Assembly (NCBI GenBank): GCA_963765675.1
Contig: CAVXXK010000004.1
Location: forward strand, 160,001-224,000
Direction: 5' to 3'
Source: an uncultured delta proteobacterium
GTDB taxonomy: Bacteria > Desulfobacterota > Binatia > Binatales > Binataceae
DNA: 64,000 nt
In this document: piece after piece, positions 57,997-64,000 of the stretch
Numbering within the stretch: position 1 is the first letter of the stretch
How the letters are laid out: each line of letters begins with the position of its first letter
Made by a program: the position numbers and the translations under genes
The notes under the pieces: generated by a model
What the model was told of the DNA's origin: nothing
Seen by the model: only the letters and a program-made list of their open reading frames with translations
The model's database searches: none

Positions 57997-58876
57997 CGCG
58001 CAATTTCGACAGTTCCAAATTGGCTTCTTTCAGCTGGTCCCTGGTCTTCGCGAGCTTGACGCGTGCGCTATCCAGCTCTTGCGCCAACTCGAGGATGCGG
58101 AGCATTCGCTGCTCGCCGCTCACATCTCCCAACCACGAAACTTTTCCGGCATGCGCCTGGTGGGCAAAGACCATCCAGTAGTGATCATAGCCATTCCTCC
58201 AGATCAGCGGATATCCGATCAGGCCATGCTGCCGCGCTTTCTCAATCACAAACTTTACCGGATACGGAGCGAATCCCGGGTAGATCCAATCGTCGCCGTT
58301 GTAGGTGTCGTGGCCGTTGGAGAAGAAACTCGCGGCAAACAGCCCCTCAGGCTTCAGCGCGAGCTTCGCCTGCGACAGACAGCGATCAAGCTGCGCTTGC
58401 GACACATGAGTCAGCACCGACTGCGCCAGCATGAAGTCGAAGGGCACATTGAACGCGGTCAGCGAGAAATCGTCGACATACAGGAACGCCGGCCGCTTCA
58501 GGCGGCGCAGCTCCTCACCGACTTCAAGATTGATCCCGTCCTCGACCAGCCAGGCCTGCGGCTCGATGCCGAAATATCCGCCGGGAAGCAGATAGGGAAT
58601 GAACAGGCGTCCCCCGCATAGCGATCCGCAGCCGATGTCCAGCAGCGTGTGACCTTCGCGCAGCCCCAGCGCAACCATCAGCGCGAACTGCGTCGCAGCG
58701 GTCACGTCGTACGCCTTGGGACTGCCGACGTAAGCGCGATAATGCCGCGCCCCGGCATCCAATTTCCGCGCCTCCTCGATACTCGCGGAGCGGTAATCCT
58801 GGTCCTCCTGCGCCGCCGTCTTTGCTTGCGCGGGAAGTTCGTCTATTCGTTTCTTGTCCGGGAGTTCTGAAGCCAC
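57965..58876 (-). CDS. Class I SAM-dependent methyltransferase with C-terminal coiled coil
   Basis: LLDIGCGSLCGG, FDFMLAQSVLTH; heptad tail LAQELDSARVKLAKTRDQLKEANLELSKL. Confidence 0.88.
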   Translation of the reverse strand: MASELPDKKRIDELPAQAKTAAQEDQDYRSASIEEARKLDAGARHYRAYVGSPKAYDVTAATQFALMVALGLREGHTLLDIGCGSLCGGRLFIPYLLPGGYFGIEPQAWLVEDGINLEVGEELRRLKRPAFLYVDDFSLTAFNVPFDFMLAQSVLTHVSQAQLDRCLSQAKLALKPEGLFAASFFSNGHDTYNGDDWIYPGFAPYPVKFVIEKARQHGLIGYPLIWRNGYDHYWMVFAHQAHAGKVSWLGDVSGEQRMLRILELAQELDSARVKLAKTRDQLKEANLELSKLRGDKRSPDDRS

Positions 58877-58917
58877 CGAGGTAATTTACTCCAGGTTGAT
58901 TGCGCGGCGGCGCTCAG

Positions 58918-60150
58918 TCAGACGCTGGCGCCGAAAAGTATTCGGCGGATGTGCGACTGGACCGCCTCGTTTCGACGCAGCTCCAGGAACATGTTGTGAC
59001 GATCGGCAAAGTCGTTGAGCCATTCGCAAGCGAGCTGCCGAGCGTCAACGGACTTCAACTGTTCGGCGGCGTCCGCAAGTGTGGCTTGGATCTTCGATAG
59101 TGCCGCACGGGCATAGGCGTTGTTTGCGCATCTCGTGAGGCGGGCGCGTATCGCTTGTTCCACCGCCAGGAACGGCAACAATTCGCATTTGAGTTCGGCG
59201 CGAAAGACCTCAGGCAGGCGGTTCGCCAGGGTACTCATAAGCTGTTCACCACGAGGCTTGATCTCTCGAAGTGCGCGCGTGATCGCCGTGCCGACAAGCT
59301 CCGAGATGATCGCTTCCGCGCTTGGGTGTCCGATGCGCGGCGGCAGATGTTGCACATTCATTCCGCTGGCCTCCAGAAGGGCCGTTCCATAGAAAGCTGC
59401 CTGCAGGAAGCTCCAGTTCAAGTCCGCGTTGTACTCGTCTGGAAACGGGACCCACTCTATTCCCTTATCGCGGAGAGCTATGAGTTGACCATCCAGGAGT
59501 TCTCTTACGGTCGTCGCCGCGGAGGTTTCGTCGCTCGTATTTTTTCCGGTTTTCCACAGCGGGTTTGATGGCGAGTACCATGACTTCGGATTCGCCGACA
59601 GGCCGGTATCCGACACGAACTGCTCCCATTCGTCTCGTTTCAGAACCGCGACCAATCGACTGAGATACGCCATGTCGCTTATGCCAAGGTTCCTGGGTGT
59701 AGCAACAAAGCTATCGGCGCCTTGGAGGTTTACGCACCAGTGAAAAAAACAATTCTCCTCATGGCGAACGACCATGTCGTCATCGACCAAGAAAAGCACA
59801 TCAGGATTGAGCGAAAGACCCGTGACGAGCGCAAGGTTTCGTCCACCTTCGGTCGGGCTGGCGGAGCGCCTTGCCACCAGATGCGCGAAGGAACTGCGCA
59901 ACGCAGCTTCCGGGAGGGATTCCGCGATCTCCTGCTCAACGGTCTTATCCACGCAGGCCAGCCGTAATCCGAACCCCTTCCAGAACTGCGCTATCTCACG
60001 GGTGGGACCACGGTGCTCTGGAGAAGAGTCGTCGAGGATCACCCAGAAGGCGTCCCGAGCGACGCTGCATCCGTCAACGGCTTGCTCGATGCAGCGGTTG
60101 AGGATTTCCGGACGGTTCGCCGTGCGGACAACGATAGCAGCGCGGCTCAT
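58918..60150 (-). CDS. GT-A fold (GT2-like) glycosyltransferase
   Basis: IVVRTANRPEILNRCI, VILDDSS, GGRN, LFLVDDD. Confidence 0.65.
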   Translation of the reverse strand: MSRAAIVVRTANRPEILNRCIEQAVDGCSVARDAFWVILDDSSPEHRGPTREIAQFWKGFGLRLACVDKTVEQEIAESLPEAALRSSFAHLVARRSASPTEGGRNLALVTGLSLNPDVLFLVDDDMVVRHEENCFFHWCVNLQGADSFVATPRNLGISDMAYLSRLVAVLKRDEWEQFVSDTGLSANPKSWYSPSNPLWKTGKNTSDETSAATTVRELLDGQLIALRDKGIEWVPFPDEYNADLNWSFLQAAFYGTALLEASGMNVQHLPPRIGHPSAEAIISELVGTAITRALREIKPRGEQLMSTLANRLPEVFRAELKCELLPFLAVEQAIRARLTRCANNAYARAALSKIQATLADAAEQLKSVDARQLACEWLNDFADRHNMFLELRRNEAVQSHIRRILFGASV

Positions 60151-60228
60151 AGGTGCGTAGGACGAAGACCGATGAGCAAGCTCCTGACGGGCATTATCAA
60201 TAACAGGAATGCCATGTTGGCTACTGAA

Positions 60229-61011
60229 CTAGATATTCGATCGAACCATCCCCACTGCATGGCCATAACAAGTCCCTCCGCCATAATACATCAGATCTAT
60301 CCCGGCTTCACTCATCTCCGAATCGATCTGTTGCCGGTCAAAGTGATGTTGGAATCCGTCCTTGAGCCAGTCCCCTTGCTCGACAGGTTCGGCTCGCCGA
60401 ACTCGGCGAATGGCGCTCCCGATCCTGGCCGTCCAGACGCGCCGCCTTCCGGGAAGACCTTCGGTAAAGGAGACCATCACCGGTGCGCCCGGACTCAAGC
60501 GATTTCGCAAGTCTCGAAGAAAACGGATTCTGCGGGATCTGCCCGGTATATACATGTAGCCGGAAAAGCCGACCAGGACGGCGTCGTAATCGCTGCCAAA
60601 TGCCGGCACGGTCGAGGACGGTGCATATTCCAGTTTCGCCTCGATGCCATGTTTCCTCAATTCATTGCGGCCTGCTTCAACCAGGGGCGCACAACAATCG
60701 AATCCGTCAACCATGAATCCGCCATTTGCCAAAGCGATCATCTCTCGGCCCGCGCCGGCGGCGGCCACCAGTATTCGGCGACCCGCCGGGAAATAACGCC
60801 GAATCGCCTCTCGCTCCCAGAGGAAAAGGCCGGAGTTCAAGTACGACTCATCAGAATACGGAGCCGAGTGTATCGAATATCGATACTCTGTTAGCCGCTC
60901 CAATGCCCGGTTGCTTAAGACCCCCAGAGACAAGCCTTGAATCAGAGCAGTAGCGCCATTGTGAATCGATGTGAGAACGCGTTCGATAAAAAAATAGAGC
61001 GGCGCAATCAT
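60229..61011 (-). CDS. Class I SAM-dependent methyltransferase
   Basis: ILVAAAGAGRE, VDGFDC, YDAVLVG, LSPGAP. Confidence 0.82.
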   Translation of the reverse strand: MIAPLYFFIERVLTSIHNGATALIQGLSLGVLSNRALERLTEYRYSIHSAPYSDESYLNSGLFLWEREAIRRYFPAGRRILVAAAGAGREMIALANGGFMVDGFDCCAPLVEAGRNELRKHGIEAKLEYAPSSTVPAFGSDYDAVLVGFSGYMYIPGRSRRIRFLRDLRNRLSPGAPVMVSFTEGLPGRRRVWTARIGSAIRRVRRAEPVEQGDWLKDGFQHHFDRQQIDSEMSEAGIDLMYYGGGTCYGHAVGMVRSNI

Positions 61012-61100
61012 CTGTTTGGTTGATATATGCGATCGTCCACGATTGCTGATGCCGTCAGTGGCAACCGGCTCGCCAAGCGCAGGCACCGCCAAAGAATCGG

Positions 61101-61134
61101 GATTCCTCGCGCGGCAGCCACGCGCGGGAATGAC
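61101..61134. repeat. Short REP-like hairpin
   Basis: GATTCCTCGCGCGG-CAGC-CACGCGCGGGAATGAC; ends in ATGAC like the 62615..62770 element. Confidence 0.45.
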
Positions 61135-61290
61135 ACGCAAATGCTATGTGGAACGCGAGACTCATCGAGCCAGACATCGCCCTCCTGCGTCAGGGAAGGT
61201 TCGGTCCCGTCTTTTCCGTAATGTGTCTCGGCCTTCATCGCGTGCGCCGCTATCAAGAACTCGCGCGGCCCGAACCTACAGCGTAGGCTG

Positions 61291-62481
61291 GTGCGGTTCA
61301 AGTCGGATTTCTTTAAGGAACAATTCCGCGCAGTGGAAAAGGATCAGCGCCAGGGAAAGCCGCCGCGGCAGACACGCGAGTTTGATTTTTTGCTCGCCGC
61401 GGTTCGGCGATTCTTTCGGCCGGATTCGCTTCTTCCTTCGCCGGAACGGCTGGATTGGAGCGAAATCCTGCGCCTCGCCGATCGTCATGCGGTCACAGCG
61501 TTTCTATGCCATTCCTGCCCAAACCCAGAACTCAGAGACATCGCGATCGAGGCGGCCCGGTTCAACCTGACCCTGAGCGCGGAACTGCTCAAGCTGCTGG
61601 ATTTGTTTGAACAACAGGCTATCGGCGTAATTTCTCTCAAAGGGCCAGTGCTGGGCGTTGCGCTATACGGAGACGAGGCACTTAAAACGTCCTCCGATCT
61701 CGATCTGCTCGTCCATCCGCGCGACGCGCTGTGCGCCATACGCGCGATGCTGGCTGCCCGCTACCGTCTGACATCCGTTCAGCACTGGTCTGACGATGGA
61801 GCTTACCTCCGCGACCTGAACGGCGAGCTTTCTTTCAGCGGTCCTACAGGCGCCTTGAAGATTGACCTCCACTGGCAACTGCTTCCAACGTATTATCCGG
61901 CCTTGTTCGATGAGGCTGAGCTCTGGGGAAAGCTGCGCCCGGTATCGTGGGGCTCCGGTCACGCACTGACCCTCGCGCCCGAACATCTGTTGTTGTTTCT
62001 GTGCGCGCACGGAACAAAGCACTCGTGGGAAAGGTTGGGATGGCTCTGCGATACGGCTCGGCTGATCCAAGTGGAGCCCGACCTCAGCTGGCCCGAGGTT
62101 TTTGCGCATGCGCGCCGGACCGATACATCGCGGATGCTCTCGCTGGGTCTTCTACTGGCATCGGATCTGTTGGGCGTGGACCTCCCGCGGGCAGCGCTCG
62201 AGTTGGCGGATACCGATGCGCGCACCCGAGCTTTAGTTGAGGCGGCGCGGGAGCGGCTTCGCGCCGATGGTCCCATTTCTGCCCTGGAGGCTGTGCGATT
62301 CCCTGCTCGAGCTTTTGAACAGAGCCAGCACCGGATGCGGCTGATCGCCGGAATGGTTTGCCAGCCGACCGAGGCCGAGTACCGCGCGCTCAAGCTGCCG
62401 CCGGGCTTGTACTGGCTATATTACCTGTTCCGGCCGATGCGCTTAGCGGTCAAGTACAGCAGACGATTCATCGGCCGCTAG
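61291..62481 (+). CDS. Nucleotidyltransferase family protein (NTP_transf_5)
   Basis: LKGPVLGVALYG, SDLDLLV, IDLHW, HGTKHSWERLGWLCD. Confidence 0.9.
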   Translation: MRFKSDFFKEQFRAVEKDQRQGKPPRQTREFDFLLAAVRRFFRPDSLLPSPERLDWSEILRLADRHAVTAFLCHSCPNPELRDIAIEAARFNLTLSAELLKLLDLFEQQAIGVISLKGPVLGVALYGDEALKTSSDLDLLVHPRDALCAIRAMLAARYRLTSVQHWSDDGAYLRDLNGELSFSGPTGALKIDLHWQLLPTYYPALFDEAELWGKLRPVSWGSGHALTLAPEHLLLFLCAHGTKHSWERLGWLCDTARLIQVEPDLSWPEVFAHARRTDTSRMLSLGLLLASDLLGVDLPRAALELADTDARTRALVEAARERLRADGPISALEAVRFPARAFEQSQHRMRLIAGMVCQPTEAEYRALKLPPGLYWLYYLFRPMRLAVKYSRRFIGR

Positions 62482-62562
62482 GTGATGAGTTGGAATGGGC
62501 TGCGCGCGCACCTTGATGGATGAAAGGCAATGCGCTGGGCCGAAGCTGATTCTCAGGCAATA

Positions 62563-63153
62563 GACCTAACCCCTGTCCCCTTCCGAGGGTGTCGATAAAT
62601 GGCGAGTTCTTTTCCGTCATCCTGAACCCTTCGGCGCAGCTCAGGGCAGGCTCCGTGAAGGATCTCCGCGAAGCGATTAGTGCGAATGGCCCAGAAGGGT
62701 TGCACTAATCGCTTCGCGGAGATCCTTCACGGAGCCTGCCCTGAGCTGCGCCGAAGGGTTCAGGATGACGCCAATTGAGCGTCTGCGAGAAAATCGACAG
62801 CCTCCTTCCCGCACGAGGGAGGGAAATTCGGTGCGCGCCGACCCTCAAACGCGATCGGCACAGTGCCTGACTCCCCTTCCCGTGCGGGAAGGGGTCGGGG
62901 GTTAGGTCGGATGCACTCCTCGAAGCTCGAAGCGTTCGAACATGAAACGGTTTCGCGTTCGTGAGAGCGCGAAGAAAAGACCGACCTCTCCCGACGGCTT
63001 CGGCGCCACCTTCCCCGCACGGGGAGGGAAATTCGGCACTGGATCAGTTTGAAAAGAACCAGTGCCGGAAATTCGCTGCGCGCCGACCCTCAAACTCGAT
63101 CGGCGCAGTGCCTGACTCCCCTTCCCGTGCGGGAAGGGGTCGGGGGTAAGGTC
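62563..63153. repeat. Two tandem copies of a CCCCTTCCC/GGGAAGGGG-type palindromic element
   Basis: 62804..62908 closely matches 63009..63153 (GGAAATTCG...GCGCGCCGACCCTCAAAC...GTGCCTGACTCCCCTTCCCGTGCGGGAAGGGGTCGGGGGT); termini GACCTAACCCC/GGGGTTAGGTC. Confidence 0.8.
62615..62770. repeat. Perfect 69-bp inverted repeat with 18-nt loop (REPIN/MITE-like)
   Basis: 62615..62683 is the exact reverse complement of 62702..62770; termini CGTCATCCTG/CAGGATGACG. Confidence 0.92.
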
Positions 63154-63273
63154 GATTTTTTTTGGCGTGCTCGGGAGCCGGGTTCATTTTCCCCTAACGC
63201 GCGAGAGATGTATTGACTTTCTTGACACGGACGATCCGATTGCTTTGCTGACTATGCAGCGGCATTCTGAGGT

Positions 63274-63873
63274 TTGAGTATGGATGCTTGCGCACGTTTC
63301 AGCCGCGATCGCTATGTTGTGCTTCGAGGGTGGCTGTCTGATCCTCAGCTTTCATTTACTTACCGCTACGTCCGTAAAATGGAGCAGCGGGGATTCATGC
63401 GTCCCGGAGATGAGCAGGTTCCGGGAACGCCAGCCGGGTCCGGCGATTGGGTCATGGACGGCATGCTGAGTGACCTTCTGCCCGCGGTAGAAGCGGCCTC
63501 CGGCTTGCGCCTTTTCCCGACCTACGCCTATTTCCGCGTTTACAAGCCCGGAGACATTCTGAAGATCCACAAAGACCGGCCCTCGTGCGAAATCAGCATC
63601 ACGCTCTGCCTGGGCTATTCGGCGCCAATGCCCTGGCCGATTTGGATCGCGGGTCCCAATGGGCGCAGCGCAGTTTCACTGAAAGCAGGTGACGCCGTGC
63701 TGTACCGCGGGATGGAATGCGAGCATTGGCGTGAGCCATTCGAGGGCGACCACCAGGCGCAAGTCTTCTTGCATTACGTCGATCAGAATGGACCTTGCGC
63801 CAAGTGGAAATACGACAAACGGCCCGGCCTCGCGATTAGCACCAAGCCGTGGACCGTGCCCTCGACCGACTGA
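63274..63873 (+). CDS. 2OG-Fe(II) oxygenase-like protein
   Basis: RVYKPGDILKIHKDRPSCEIS (HxD), YRGMECEHWRE, QVFLHYVD. Confidence 0.8.
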   Translation: MSMDACARFSRDRYVVLRGWLSDPQLSFTYRYVRKMEQRGFMRPGDEQVPGTPAGSGDWVMDGMLSDLLPAVEAASGLRLFPTYAYFRVYKPGDILKIHKDRPSCEISITLCLGYSAPMPWPIWIAGPNGRSAVSLKAGDAVLYRGMECEHWREPFEGDHQAQVFLHYVDQNGPCAKWKYDKRPGLAISTKPWTVPSTD

Positions 63874-63877
63874 CCGC

Positions 63878-64000
63878 TTAAGACACAGGTTTCGATACTT
63901 CGCTCCCGGTCAGCGGAGCTTCCGGGCGGTCTTCTTCTGCCTGCGTAAACCAAGTCACGATCACGTACCGTTTTCCGAAGCTTACGGGTTGAGCCTCATG
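63878..64000 (-). CDS. C-terminus of a 2OG-Fe(II) oxygenase (prolyl hydroxylase-like), truncated by the window edge
   Basis: Minus strand HEAQPVSFGKRYVIVTWF...* carries the distal His and 2OG-binding Arg motif; not in the ORF track. Confidence 0.75.
   Translation of the reverse strand, partial: HEAQPVSFGKRYVIVTWFTQAEEDRPEAPLTGSEVSKPVS

Noticed and set aside
61008-61301. Possible lasso precursor (…TEPSLTQEGDV…) or the 40-aa ORF behind AGGAGG at 61177
   Set aside because: The YxxP spacing and penultimate Thr are missing, and both ORFs run through a REP-like hairpin
62563-63153. CRISPR array
   Set aside because: There is no regular repeat-spacer periodicity and no cas genes; the repeats are palindromic and nested

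Overview
GC-rich bacterial chromosomal window. The gene content (many LLM/F420-type oxidoreductases, aromatic catabolism, ferritin-like oxygenases) is reminiscent of soil Candidatus Binatota, but that assignment is inference only. From left to right it contains: (1) a general-stress/osmoprotection block (ElaB/YqjE-like membrane proteins, a hybrid kinase with a degenerate ATP-binding domain, a GH15 trehalase-like enzyme, a BON protein) with two sigma54-type promoter motifs; (2) a STAND ATPase-TPR-class III cyclase, hydrolases, pgi/tal and tRNA-Ser(TGA); (3) a large hydroquinone/hydroxyquinol aromatic catabolic region with four different ring-cleavage dioxygenases, two of whose genes carry single-base frameshifts; (4) the most interesting locus, a TetR-linked operon of an SCP2-like protein plus two paralogous ferritin-like proteins, one with a complete diiron ligand set and one that has lost it, suggesting an uncharacterised alpha/beta diiron oxygenase; (5) DsbA, a GT11 fucosyltransferase, tRNA-Leu(TAG), MgtC; and (6) an ABC exporter/methyltransferase/GT2/nucleotidyltransferase/2OG-Fe(II) oxygenase tailoring locus interrupted by nested palindromic repeats and running off the right edge. 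No CRISPR array, rRNA, integrase or transposase was seen. All functional calls come from motif recognition by eye; no database search was run.
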